From an uncultured Acidobacteriota bacterium (GTDB lineage: Bacteria > Acidobacteriota > Thermoanaerobaculia > Gp7-AA8): a stretch of DNA of 64,000 nt. Position numbers and translations under genes: made by a program. The stretch lies in NCBI GenBank assembly GCA_963741955.1, contig CAVUKB010000006.1, forward strand, positions 352,001 to 416,000, written 5' to 3'. The notes under the pieces are model-generated. The model searched no databases. It was not told the DNA's origin and saw only the letters and a list, made by a program, of their open reading frames with translations. This document shows, piece after piece, positions 38,833-48,368 of the stretch (position 1 is its first letter; every line of letters begins with the position of its first letter).

Positions 38833-39489
38833 ATGACCGCGATGTCGTTTCTGCCACTCGCACTGATCGTCGTTTCCTACCTGCTCGGATCGATTCCGTT
38901 CAGCTTCATCATCGTCTGGATCCTCGAGCGGGACGACATTCGCCTGCACGGGAGCGGCAACGTCGGAGCGACGAACGTGATGCGAAACTTCGGCCGCCTT
39001 CCGGGTGCAATCGCGCTGGTGCTCGACATCGCAAAAGGTTGGGTCGCGGTCGAGGTGGCCCGAATGGTCACCGTCCAAACGGAGTGGCCGTGGCGCTACA
39101 GTGGCGCAGCGAGCGACTGGATGCACGCTCCGAGCTTCTGGATCGGACTGGCGGCGCTGGTGGCGGTGCTCGGTCACATGTACCCGGTGTGGCTCGGCTA
39201 CCGCGGAGGCAAAGGAGTCGCCACCGCAACCGGAGTTTTCCTGGCCATGCAGCCGGCGGTGATCGCCGTCGCGGCAGTGGTTTTCGTGATCACGCTCATC
39301 GCGACCCGTTACGTTTCGCTCTCGTCGATCGTGGCGGCAGTGGCGGTGCCGGTCCTGCTGAGATTCTTCACCGGATCGACATTCTGGATCGTCTTGTTCT
39401 CGATCCTGATCTCGGTGATCATCGTGATCCGGCATCGTGCGAACATCGCCCGGATCGTGAATGGCGAGGAGCGGAAATTTCCGCGCTGA
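38833..39489 (+). CDS. plsY: Glycerol-3-phosphate acyltransferase
   Basis: 'YLLGSIP', 'GSGNVGATNV.R', 'GH.YP....GGKGVAT' and 'RH..NI.R'. Confidence 0.95.
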   Translation: MTAMSFLPLALIVVSYLLGSIPFSFIIVWILERDDIRLHGSGNVGATNVMRNFGRLPGAIALVLDIAKGWVAVEVARMVTVQTEWPWRYSGAASDWMHAPSFWIGLAALVAVLGHMYPVWLGYRGGKGVATATGVFLAMQPAVIAVAAVVFVITLIATRYVSLSSIVAAVAVPVLLRFFTGSTFWIVLFSILISVIIVIRHRANIARIVNGEERKFPR

Positions 39490-39504
39490 GCCGAGGGAGG
39501 GATC

Positions 39505-40521
39505 GTGAGGATATCGGTCATCGGAGCAGGATCCTGGGGCTCGGCTCTCGCCGAACTGGCGAGCCGCTGCGGTCATGAAGTGAGTCTGTGGGCTCACGAT
39601 CCGAAGGTTGCCGAGGCCATCCTGCAGACGCGGAGCAATCCTTTCTATCTTCCGGGAGTGGAGTTCTCGCCACGGGTGAGAGTGACCAATTCGATCGAGG
39701 AGGCCGCCGTCTTCTGCGATCTGATCATGATGGTGACGCCGAGTCACTGCTACCGCGACGTCCTCTCTCAGCTCGAGCCACATCTCCACGGTGGCGTGCG
39801 GGTCATCTCCGCGACCAAAGGAATCGAGAACGAGACGCTGCTCCGCATCTCCCAGATCACGGCTGAAGTCCTCGGCGAGAAGACCGGCGCGTTCGCGACG
39901 CTCTCCGGTCCGACCTTCGCCCTGGAGCTCTCCCGGCAGGACCCGACGGCGGCAGTGATCGCGTCGACCAGCGAAGCGTTTGCCACCGAGATGCAGAAGG
40001 CGCTCTCACACCGCTTCTTCCGTCTTTACCGCAGCGACGACGTGACCGGGGTGGAGTTCGGCGGTTCGCTGAAGAACGTGATCGCCATCGCGTCCGGCGT
40101 CATCGAAGGAATCGGGTTCGGGAGCAATACCACTGCGGCCCTCATCACCCGCGGGCTTCACGAGATCCGGCGTCTGGGTATCGCTCTCGGCGGCCGACCT
40201 GAAACGTTCGCCGGCCTGGCGGGACTGGGTGACCTGGTGCTCACCTGTACCGGTGCGCTCTCCCGGAACCGTGCGGTCGGCATCGACCTCGGCCAGGGAA
40301 AATCGCTGGAACAGATTCTCGCCCGCACCCGTACGGTGGCGGAAGGGGTGAAGACCAGCCGGTCCGCACATCACCTGGCCGAGAGCCATGGGATCGAGAT
40401 GCCGATCATCGGCGAGATGTACAGAGTACTTTACGATCACGAATCACCTCGTGATGCGATCAATCGCCTGATGACTCGCGCGTTGAAGTCCGAGGTGGAG
40501 CATCTCGACGTCAATTCGTGA
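39505..40521 (+). CDS. gpsA: NAD(P)H-dependent glycerol-3-phosphate dehydrogenase
   Basis: GAGSWG, 'TKGIE', 'SGPTFA', 'LKNVIAIA' and 'GLAGLGDLVLTC...SRNR'. Confidence 0.96.
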   Translation: MRISVIGAGSWGSALAELASRCGHEVSLWAHDPKVAEAILQTRSNPFYLPGVEFSPRVRVTNSIEEAAVFCDLIMMVTPSHCYRDVLSQLEPHLHGGVRVISATKGIENETLLRISQITAEVLGEKTGAFATLSGPTFALELSRQDPTAAVIASTSEAFATEMQKALSHRFFRLYRSDDVTGVEFGGSLKNVIAIASGVIEGIGFGSNTTAALITRGLHEIRRLGIALGGRPETFAGLAGLGDLVLTCTGALSRNRAVGIDLGQGKSLEQILARTRTVAEGVKTSRSAHHLAESHGIEMPIIGEMYRVLYDHESPRDAINRLMTRALKSEVEHLDVNS

Positions 40522-40611
40522 GTGCGCGCGAACGCGGGCATGCCTGCTGCTCCCGCAGTTCACTGCACACTGATTTACGATTCGCAGCGGCGATTGCTCC
40601 GAGTTACGAAT

Positions 40612-43011
40612 ATGAGATCTGCATTCTTTCTGGTTCAGGCTTTCTTCCTGTCGATGTCGCTTCTGGCCGCACCGGTACGCCTCCCGACCGGCGCGACACT
40701 CGATCCTGCCGCTCCCGCGATCCAGCTCGGCAATTTTCCTCTCTCTGCGGTCGCCGCGCCGGACGGCCGAGTGGTGGTTCTTCTCTGCGGCTGGAGAGAA
40801 ACCGGCATCCAGGTCGTCGATCCGAAGACCGGCAAGGTCGTGCAGACCGTCCACCAGCCGGGAGCGTTCATCGGTCTGAGATTCGCTCCCGACGGGAAGA
40901 CTCTCTGGGCTTCGGGAGGTGGCGAGGATCTGATCTACCGGTATTCGTGGAACGAAGGAACGGTCATTCCCGACGGCTCGATCTCGATTCAGGAGAAGGG
41001 GTCGACCCGGGTGAAGCGCGATCCGGCCGGAATTGCCGTCTCCGATGACGGGAAGTTCCTTTACGTGGCCGAGAACCTGACCGACACCCTCGCCGTGATC
41101 GACGTCGCTCGGGGAGCCGTGGTGCAGCGCCTCGAGACCGATCGCTATCCCTACGCCGTGGAGATCGGATCCGACGGTCGCGTCTGGGTCTCCTGCTGGG
41201 GTGACGACACGGTGATCTCGTTCGCTCCGGTTCGGAGGGGACTGCTGCGACGCACGGCCCGTGTGATCGTGGGGAGGCATCCCGCGGCGATGCTCATGGA
41301 CGAGGTGGGCAAGCGACTCTACGTCGCATCGCCGAGCACCGACACGATCGCGGTGGTGGACATCGAAGCCGGACGTGCGATCGCGTCGCTGGATGACGCC
41401 GCTACCTCCGGACCTTCGGAAGGGGTGACCCCCGATGCGATGGCGCTCTCGGCCGACGGACAGACACTTTACGTCGCCGAAGCCGACGCGAATGCCGTCG
41501 CAGTGTTCCGCCTCTCTTCGGCGACGTCGGGCCGTCCGGGCAAAGTCACGACCGACTCGATCGCCGGAAGGATTCCGGTCGACTGGTACCCCGCGGCGCT
41601 GGTACGCAGCGGCGACGCTCTTCACGTCGTCTCGGCAAAAGGCCGCGGTACCTCCCCGAATCCTTCTCTTCCCGAGCCCCCGAAGAGCACCCCCCGCAGA
41701 TCGACCGACTACACACTCGGCCAGCTGGACGGAACGTTTCTGACTCTCCCGGTCGAATTCGATCCTGCACAACTGCAGACCTGGACCCGGCGTGTCGCCC
41801 GGGCCAATCGCTGGGACCAGCCGCGCGTCGAACCCGCCTGGCCGCCGTTCCATCACGTCATTTACGTGATCAAGGAGAACCGCACCTACGATCAGATCTT
41901 CGGCGACGTCAGAGAAGGGGATGGAGATCCGTCACTTCTCTTCTTCGGACGTGACGTCACTCCCAACCATCATGCGCTCGCCGCGCGCTTCGGACTGTTC
42001 GACCGTTTCTTCGTCAACGCGGAAGTGAGTGCGGACGGCCATAACTGGTCGACTGCGGCATACGTGACCGATTACGTGACCAAGACCGTTCCCGCGGTCT
42101 ATTCCAACCGGCGGCACGATTACGACTACGAAGGAACGAACCGCGGAGTGATCGTCGACGACGATGACGATGTCGCGGCGCCGGCCGCGGGCTATCTCTG
42201 GGACACGGCCGTGCGGAAGGGACTCTCCATCCGCAACTACGGCGAGTTCATCGACTTCCACGACGCCGGCGAAGAGAAGCCGAGCAACCCGACACGGCGA
42301 GCATTGGTGGGGAACACCGATCCGACATTTCCGGGCTTCGACCTCACCATTCCCGATCAGAAGAGGGCGGACGTGTGGATTCGCGACCTTCACACTTTCG
42401 TGAAGGAGGGAGAGATGCCCGCGCTCCAGATCATCCGTCTTCCGAACGATCACACCGCAGGAGGGAAGAAGGGAGCGCCGACTCCCCGCGCGTATGTCGC
42501 GGACAATGACCTCGCGCTCGGACGGATCATCGCGGCGCTCTCCCGCACTCCGTTCTGGAAGGACACTGCCGTCTTCGTGCTCGAAGACGATGCGCAGAAC
42601 GGTCCTGACCACGTCGACTCGCATCGTTCCTGTCTGCTGGTCGTCTCGGCCTGGAACCGTCCCGGTTCCGTGCACCGCTTCACGAACACCACCGACGTCC
42701 TCGCGACGATCGAAGGGATTCTCGGGCTCGATCCTCTCTCCCAGTTCGACTTCCACGCGAAACCGCTTCACGATATTTTCGCCGCGAAGCCCGACCTCGA
42801 ACCGTACGACGCGCTCATCCCGAAAGTGGATCTCGAAGAGAAGAATCCTTCCGGCACTCCGGCTGCAAAGGCTTCCGAACGACTCGACCTCAGACGCGAC
42901 GCCGCCGACGAGGATGCATTCAACCGGATTCTCTGGTCGATGCTGAAAGGAAACGAACCCTATCCCGGCGTACGACGGATGCCGGGAGAACCCGCCTGGA
43001 GGGAGAGGTGA
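40612..43011 (+). CDS. Secreted YncE/YVTN beta-propeller + phosphoesterase (alkaline-phosphatase-fold) bifunctional protein
   Basis: Signal peptide, 'DG..LYVA' blades, 'VIKENRTYDQIFGD', 'SADGHNW' and 'EDDAQNGPDHVDSHR'. Confidence 0.88.
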   Translation: MRSAFFLVQAFFLSMSLLAAPVRLPTGATLDPAAPAIQLGNFPLSAVAAPDGRVVVLLCGWRETGIQVVDPKTGKVVQTVHQPGAFIGLRFAPDGKTLWASGGGEDLIYRYSWNEGTVIPDGSISIQEKGSTRVKRDPAGIAVSDDGKFLYVAENLTDTLAVIDVARGAVVQRLETDRYPYAVEIGSDGRVWVSCWGDDTVISFAPVRRGLLRRTARVIVGRHPAAMLMDEVGKRLYVASPSTDTIAVVDIEAGRAIASLDDAATSGPSEGVTPDAMALSADGQTLYVAEADANAVAVFRLSSATSGRPGKVTTDSIAGRIPVDWYPAALVRSGDALHVVSAKGRGTSPNPSLPEPPKSTPRRSTDYTLGQLDGTFLTLPVEFDPAQLQTWTRRVARANRWDQPRVEPAWPPFHHVIYVIKENRTYDQIFGDVREGDGDPSLLFFGRDVTPNHHALAARFGLFDRFFVNAEVSADGHNWSTAAYVTDYVTKTVPAVYSNRRHDYDYEGTNRGVIVDDDDDVAAPAAGYLWDTAVRKGLSIRNYGEFIDFHDAGEEKPSNPTRRALVGNTDPTFPGFDLTIPDQKRADVWIRDLHTFVKEGEMPALQIIRLPNDHTAGGKKGAPTPRAYVADNDLALGRIIAALSRTPFWKDTAVFVLEDDAQNGPDHVDSHRSCLLVVSAWNRPGSVHRFTNTTDVLATIEGILGLDPLSQFDFHAKPLHDIFAAKPDLEPYDALIPKVDLEEKNPSGTPAAKASERLDLRRDAADEDAFNRILWSMLKGNEPYPGVRRMPGEPAWRER

Positions 43012-43015
43012 GCCA

Positions 43016-43624
43016 TTGCGCGGAATCGAGCACGTTCCATGGGCCTACGACGCATCGATGGTGCTCCTCGAGCGGGGCTCTCTGCGTGGCTGGCGTGACG
43101 CGCTCGTAGAACGAGCCGAAGGAAGAACGCTCGAGATCGGGTGCGGCACCGGGCGCAATCTCTCCCGTTATCCGTCGGGAGTCGACCTGTTCGCATCCGA
43201 CCCGGATCTCGCTCTCGTCATCGCTGCCCGGCGGCGCAGCGGGCTGCGTCGTCTGGTGGTCGCACGCGCCGAGCAGCTTCCCTTCCGTGATGCGGTTTTC
43301 GACACAGTGGTGAGCAGCCTCGTTCTCTGCAGCGTGGAGGACCCTCCCCAGTCGCTCCGCGAGCTACGCAGGCTCCTCGTTTCGGGCGGATCCCTTCTCG
43401 TGCTCGAGCATGTCCGTTCCCATCGCCCGTTCGAAGCGAAGCTTCAGGATCTCTCACTGCGGCCGTGGTGCTGGTTCACCGGAGGGTGCCATCCGAATCG
43501 CGAAACGCTCGCGGCGATTCGTGAAGCCGGTTTCGTCGAGACCGACCGCGTGAAACGACGCGGGGTGATGAGGCTCGGCCGATTTGCGCCGCGCCAGGAG
43601 CCCGGCGGCCGACAGAAACAGTAG
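43016..43624 (+). CDS. Class I SAM-dependent methyltransferase
   Basis: 'LEIGCGTG', 'AEQLPF...FDTVV..LVLCSV' and 'GGCHPNR'. Confidence 0.88.
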   Translation: MRGIEHVPWAYDASMVLLERGSLRGWRDALVERAEGRTLEIGCGTGRNLSRYPSGVDLFASDPDLALVIAARRRSGLRRLVVARAEQLPFRDAVFDTVVSSLVLCSVEDPPQSLRELRRLLVSGGSLLVLEHVRSHRPFEAKLQDLSLRPWCWFTGGCHPNRETLAAIREAGFVETDRVKRRGVMRLGRFAPRQEPGGRQKQ

Positions 43625-43789
43625 TCCCGCTGCACGCTTCCGCTCTCTCACAGGTCAATGACAGGGCTGGACAGGGGGCTGAAAGGGAGCTATGAACGAA
43701 AAGAGACCCTGGCCGGCCGCGGCCGGGATTCTCGGTTCCATCCGCAGCCGTCACTTTCGAGAATCAATGATGACGAGGAGCCGGACACC

Positions 43790-44152
43790 ATGATCGAGAA
43801 GATCAATCTCACCGACAAGCTCTCCCGGATATCCGAACATTGGCGTCCGAAGACCGTCGCGACGCTGAACGGTCAGGAAGTGAAGGTGGCGAAGTTTCAG
43901 GGAACGTTCGTCTGGCATCACCACGAGGACGCCGAAGAGATGTTTCTCGGCGTTCGCGGCCACTTCAAAGTCGAATTCCTCGACCACGAAGTCGAGATCG
44001 GACCGGGAGACATCGTGGTCATCCCCCGCGGAGTCGAGCATCGAACCGTAGCGGAGGAGGAAGCGGAAGTCCTGATCTTCGAAGCGGAGAACACCCGCAA
44101 CACCGGGAACATCGTGGACGAGACCTTCACCGCCGAGCTCGAGCGAATCTGA
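43790..44152 (+). CDS. Cupin domain protein
   Basis: 'FVWHHH...EEMF' and 'IPRGVEHR'; GAGGAG RBS. Confidence 0.9.
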   Translation: MIEKINLTDKLSRISEHWRPKTVATLNGQEVKVAKFQGTFVWHHHEDAEEMFLGVRGHFKVEFLDHEVEIGPGDIVVIPRGVEHRTVAEEEAEVLIFEAENTRNTGNIVDETFTAELERI

Positions 44153-44159
44153 GAGAACG

Positions 44160-44233
44160 AAAGACATCAAAGACATCGAGGATCGAGGATCGAGGATCTG
44201 AGAGACATCGAGGATCGAAGATCGGGGATCTCG
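44160..44233 (+). repeat. Short (GAGGATC)n heptamer array
   Basis: 'AAAGACATC GAGGATC GAGGATC GAGGATC...' starting just after the cupin stop codon. Confidence 0.85.
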
Positions 44234-44296
44234 AGAGACAGCGGTAGATGAGTCTGTCCACCGGTGTCGACCTCCGCGCAGACTCCCAGCGGACGC

Positions 44297-44588
44297 GATC
44301 CGATCCTCGATCTGTTGATCTTCGATCCTCGATCTCTTCGATCACATATCGACGCTCCTCGACGCCTTTCAGATCCTCGATCTTCGATCCCCGATCCTAG
44401 ATCCTCGATCCTCGATCCTCGATCCTCGATCCTAGATCCTCGATCCTCGATCCTAGATCCTCGATCCTCGATCCTAGATCCTAGATCCTCGATGCCTTTC
44501 AGATCCTCGATCCTCGATGCCTTTCAGATCCTAGATCCTCGATCCTCGATCCTCGATGCCTTTCAGATCCTCGATCTTCGATGCTTCT
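44297..44588 (+). repeat. Long (GATCCTC/GATCCTA)n heptamer array with GATGCCTTTCA interruptions
   Basis: Read directly; reverse complement of the 44160 and 46346 arrays. Confidence 0.93.
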
Positions 44589-44627
44589 GGCGTTTCCTTT
44601 GCACTTTCAAGGGGAAGGGAGGAGACG

Positions 44628-44771
44628 ATGCTGAACATGATCAAGAAGCTCTTCTACTTCCGTCTCGGCCAGAAGACGGGCCGTGGTGCGGCCCGGACAT
44701 TCGGGTTGAAGTACATCGCGCCGGTCATCGGACTGATTGTCGGATATCGGCTGATGCGGAAGCATTCGTAA
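44628..44771 (+). CDS. Small cationic, amphipathic 47-aa protein
   Basis: Strong GGAGG RBS; MLNMIKKLFYFRLGQK...IAPVIGLIVGYRLMRKHS. Confidence 0.65.
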   Translation: MLNMIKKLFYFRLGQKTGRGAARTFGLKYIAPVIGLIVGYRLMRKHS

Positions 44772-44939
44772 CCGAAAGAACACACCACACCTCCGCCCCG
44801 CTCGCCGGCTCGGCGTCAAACTTCTGGCCGGCGCCGCGGGGCTTTCGGTGCCGGGACGGACCTTCCGCCGGGCGACTCGAACGGGGCTCCAGGCAGCTGA
44901 CAACCCCTCTCCGGCATTGAAGTAAGATGTCTGCCGATC

Positions 44940-45605
44940 ATGTCGGACCAGAAAGAGAACCTCGGAAAGATGCTTCTGGCCGCGAATCTAATCGACGAGG
45001 TGCAGATGCAGATCGCCCTCGCCGAGCAGAAGCGGACCGGGAAGAAATTCGGTTCGACGCTGGTGGACTTGAAATTCATCGATGAGAATGTGCTCGCCGC
45101 GTTTCTCTCGCGCCAGATCGACGTCCCCTGCATTTCTCTGTTGAATGTCGACATCCAGAGGAAGCTCCTGCGGCGGATTCCTGCGCGCGCGGCGCGGGAG
45201 CTCCAGGCGGTTCCGATCCGAGCCGAGGGGGATCGGCTCGAAATCGCCATGGTCGATCCGACCGACGAGGAGGCGGTGGCGATGCTCGAGCGCATCTCGG
45301 GAACGGAGATCATCCCGCTCATCGCTCCACAGAGCTCGATCGAGAAGATGATCGAGCGTCTCTATCCGGAAACCGACGAGGAAGACACCATCTCGACGCG
45401 CGGATCCGCTCCCGCGGTGACCGATCCGATGTTCATGGACCTGATCGAGGAGGTCGAGTACGGCGATCTCGACGAGCGGATGAAGCGGATCGAAGAAACT
45501 CTCGGGCAGGTCTGGACGCTTCTCGAGAAGATCCTTCGGGCTCTCGAAGCGCACGAGCCGGCCGTCGCCGAGCGTCTCTCCCGCCAGGAGACCGACGAGC
45601 GATAG
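44940..45605 (+). CDS. Stand-alone MshEN / T2SSE_N (GspE/PilB N-terminal) domain protein
   Basis: 'LGKMLL..NLI...QM..AL.EQ..TG.K.G..LV', 'IP...AR....VP' and 'IAMVDP'; no ATPase domain. Confidence 0.82.
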   Translation: MSDQKENLGKMLLAANLIDEVQMQIALAEQKRTGKKFGSTLVDLKFIDENVLAAFLSRQIDVPCISLLNVDIQRKLLRRIPARAARELQAVPIRAEGDRLEIAMVDPTDEEAVAMLERISGTEIIPLIAPQSSIEKMIERLYPETDEEDTISTRGSAPAVTDPMFMDLIEEVEYGDLDERMKRIEETLGQVWTLLEKILRALEAHEPAVAERLSRQETDER

Positions 45606-45669
45606 CCCGGATTCTTCGAAATGACGAAGGTTTGCCCTCCAGGCCTCGAAACGGCAGAATAGCGACCCC

Positions 45670-46347
45670 GTGACTCTCGCCCTCCATCTGATCGCACTGG
45701 TCCAGACGAGCGCTGCAGCCGCAGAGCATCTGCTGCAGGAGTTCGGTTACGTTGCCGTCTTCGTCGGTACCTTCTTCGAGGGGGAGACCATCCTGGTGAC
45801 CGCCGGCTTCTTCGCCGAGCGCGGCTATCTGACGCTCGCCGGCGTGATCATGGTCGGGGCCAGCGGCGCATTCATGGGCCATCTCTTCTGGTTCTGGATC
45901 GGGCGAACTCGAGGGACGAGGATTCTCGATCGCTTTCCCCGCCTGGGAAAACCACTCGGGCGTGGACTGGAGCTCTTCGAGCGGTTCGGTGTCGGAGCGA
46001 TCTTCATCACCCAGTATCTCTACGGCCTGCGCGTGGCTTCGGCGATCGTCTTCGGGCTCACCCGCATCTCTGCCGCGAAGTTCATCCTCTATCAGGCAAT
46101 CAGCTGCGCCACATGGGCCGCCCTGATCGGCTCCCTCGGCTACTTCTTCGGACAGGCCATCGAGGCCGTGCTCGGCAAGGCCGCTCACATCGAGAAGTGG
46201 GGGCTTGCCGCCATCGTCGTGGTCTCGTTCCTCGCCTGGCTCTACCACCGCATCAAGAGCCGCCGCGAAGAGCGGATGGAGATCGACGAGGAGGCTCCCA
46301 CTCCGCCCGAGACCATCGCCACGGACGAAAACGAGAAAGACGTTTAG
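45670..46347 (+). CDS. DedA family membrane protein
   Basis: 'FGYVAVFVGTFFEGETIL..AG', 'YGLR' and 'WA....LGY.FG'. Confidence 0.9.
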   Translation: MTLALHLIALVQTSAAAAEHLLQEFGYVAVFVGTFFEGETILVTAGFFAERGYLTLAGVIMVGASGAFMGHLFWFWIGRTRGTRILDRFPRLGKPLGRGLELFERFGVGAIFITQYLYGLRVASAIVFGLTRISAAKFILYQAISCATWAALIGSLGYFFGQAIEAVLGKAAHIEKWGLAAIVVVSFLAWLYHRIKSRREERMEIDEEAPTPPETIATDENEKDV

Positions 46348-46590
46348 AAGCATCGAGGATCTGGGATCGAGGATCTGAAAGACATCGAGGATCTGGGATC
46401 GAGGATCGAGGATCTGAAAGACATCGAGGATCTGAAAGACATCGAGGATCTGGGATCGAGGATCGAGGATCTGAAAGACATCGAGGATCCGGGATCGAGG
46501 ATCGGAGATCTGGAAGACACGGATCTGAGATCGTGGATCGCGGATGCGAAAGACACCGAGAATCGAAGATCGACGATCTGAAAGACCACG
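46346..46590 (+). repeat. (GAGGATC/TGGGATC)n heptamer array with TGAAAGACATC interruptions
   Basis: Begins within the dedA stop codon; inverted counterpart of 44360-44588. Confidence 0.93.
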
Positions 46591-46661
46591 AAGGCGGGAA
46601 AGGCAGTGGGGGTCCGACGAATTGAGATCCGGCCGGATTTTCGAGAGAGCTCGAGGCCGAA

Positions 46662-46943
46662 ATGACGAACGATCAGGATGACGATCCGGTAGAGATTGCC
46701 AGTTTCCCTTACCTTCACATCGCGGAGTTTGCGGCATCGGTCCTCGAAGGGTCGGGTGTCGAGAGCTTTCTCGGAGACCAGTTTCTCGGGGGAGTCCGGC
46801 CCGACCTCACATTCACCTCCGGTGGAGTCAAGCTCTTCGTTCGCACCTCCGACGTCGATCGAGCGCTCGAAGTCCTCGCCGAATTCGACGCGGCAGCAGA
46901 AGAGCTCCTGTTGGATTCCGCCGCTCCGGACGGGGAGGAGTAA
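46662..46943 (+). CDS. DUF2007-like (PII/GlnB-like) small protein
   Basis: 'AE....VLEGSGV...L.D' and 'GGVKLFV...D..RA.EVL'. Confidence 0.78.
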   Translation: MTNDQDDDPVEIASFPYLHIAEFAASVLEGSGVESFLGDQFLGGVRPDLTFTSGGVKLFVRTSDVDRALEVLAEFDAAAEELLLDSAAPDGEE

Positions 46944-47043
46944 CCCCACGGCGAGGGCCTTCGGTAGAAGGGATGGTCCATCTTCCGTTGCCGGATCTCG
47001 ATCCGGCACCGATACTGAATTCGGCAATGGAAGGAGATTCGAA

Positions 47044-47643
47044 ATGACGCGTAATGTATTTCTTCCAGGACTTCTGACTCTCTTCCTCCTCGGAGGATGC
47101 CAGGGCAACGAGACACCGGAACAGTCGGAGACGACGCCGCCGGCTACCGAGACCACGCAGACCATCGTGACGCAGACCACGGCGACGCAGCTTCCAGGCG
47201 ACATGACCACGGCACCGGTGACCGCCACCACCGAGACCGTGAGAACCGAGACGGCTCCCGCTGCGCAACCCGTGGTGACACCGAAGCCGGTGACGCAAAA
47301 GCCTCCGGCCCCGACGCCCGCGACTCCGAAACCCACCACACCTGCAGCGGAGACACCCCGAACCACGACTCAGACCGAGGCGCCGGCGCCTCAGCCCACG
47401 GCACCACCACCGGCGGCCCCCGCCGAAGCGAAACCTCCCGCCGAAGCCGCTCCGGCAACTTCGACCATGCAAAACTATCCGAACCGGCCGAAGACGCACA
47501 CCGTCAGCTACAAGGGAATCTTCCACGCCCCGGGCGCCGACAATCCGGCACAAAAGTGCGCCGTCTGTCACGGGAAGGATCTCAAAGGGGGGAAGGTCGC
47601 AACCGTTTCCTGCTACTCGTGCCACGACAAGAAGTGGAAGTAA
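47044..47643 (+). CDS. Lipoprotein with Pro/Thr-rich stalk and C-terminal dihaem cytochrome c module
   Basis: AGGAG RBS, lipobox LLGGC, long P/T/A linker, CAVCH and CYSCH motifs. Confidence 0.85.
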   Translation: MTRNVFLPGLLTLFLLGGCQGNETPEQSETTPPATETTQTIVTQTTATQLPGDMTTAPVTATTETVRTETAPAAQPVVTPKPVTQKPPAPTPATPKPTTPAAETPRTTTQTEAPAPQPTAPPPAAPAEAKPPAEAAPATSTMQNYPNRPKTHTVSYKGIFHAPGADNPAQKCAVCHGKDLKGGKVATVSCYSCHDKKWK

Positions 47644-47644
47644 G

Positions 47645-48368
47645 CGGCTCGCGCAACAGTGGGTCGCGCAACAGTGGGTCGCGCAACGGTGGGTCGCGCA
47701 TCTTGCGCGAGGCTCCCCGGCATCGTGCCGGGGAGCGATGGCCTCACCGAATCGTAATTCGTTCCTCTCGCGCCGCTCGATGTTCGTGTCTCTCCTCCTC
47801 GGGAGGATCGTCGTAACTTGCCCCGAGCAGGGCCGCGCGGGACGCGACCCTGCATCGGACGAGACGTCCAACCCACTGACCCTACCCTGCATCGGACAAG
47901 GTGGGTCGCGCAGAGGTGGGTCGCGCATCTTGCGCGAGGCTCCCCGGCATCGTGCCGGGGAGCGATGGCCTCACCGAAACGAAATTCGCTCCTCTTCGCG
48001 CCGCTCGATGTTCGTGTCTCTCCTGCTCGGGAGGATTTTCGTAACTTGCCCGCGAGCAGGGCCGCGCGGGACGCGACCCTGCATCGGACGGGACGTCCAA
48101 CCCACAGACCCCACCCTGCATCGGACACGGTGGCTCGCGAAATAGTGGGTCGCGCAACAGTGGGTCACGCATCTTGCGCGAGGCTCCCCGGCATCGTGCC
48201 GGGGAGCGATGGCCTCACCGAAACGTAAATCGCTCCTCTCGCGCCGCTCGATGTTCGTGTCTCTCCTGCTCGGGAGGATTTTCGTAATTTGCCCCGAGCA
48301 GGGCCGCGCGGGACGCGGCCCTGCATCGGACGAGGACGTCCAACCCACAGACCCCACCCTGCATCGGG
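47645..48368. repeat. REP/BIME-like array (family B): three ~227-244-bp units plus 15-bp GTGGGTCGCGCAACA repeats
   Basis: Units begin GTGGGTCRCGCATCTTGCGCGA at 47689, 47916 and 48160; internal hairpin CTCCCCGGCA-TCG-TGCCGGGGAG. Confidence 0.92.

Noticed and set aside
44264-46737. ORFs with LDPRSSI / GSERHRGS repeats
   Set aside because: Translations of the heptamer arrays that overlap better-supported genes.
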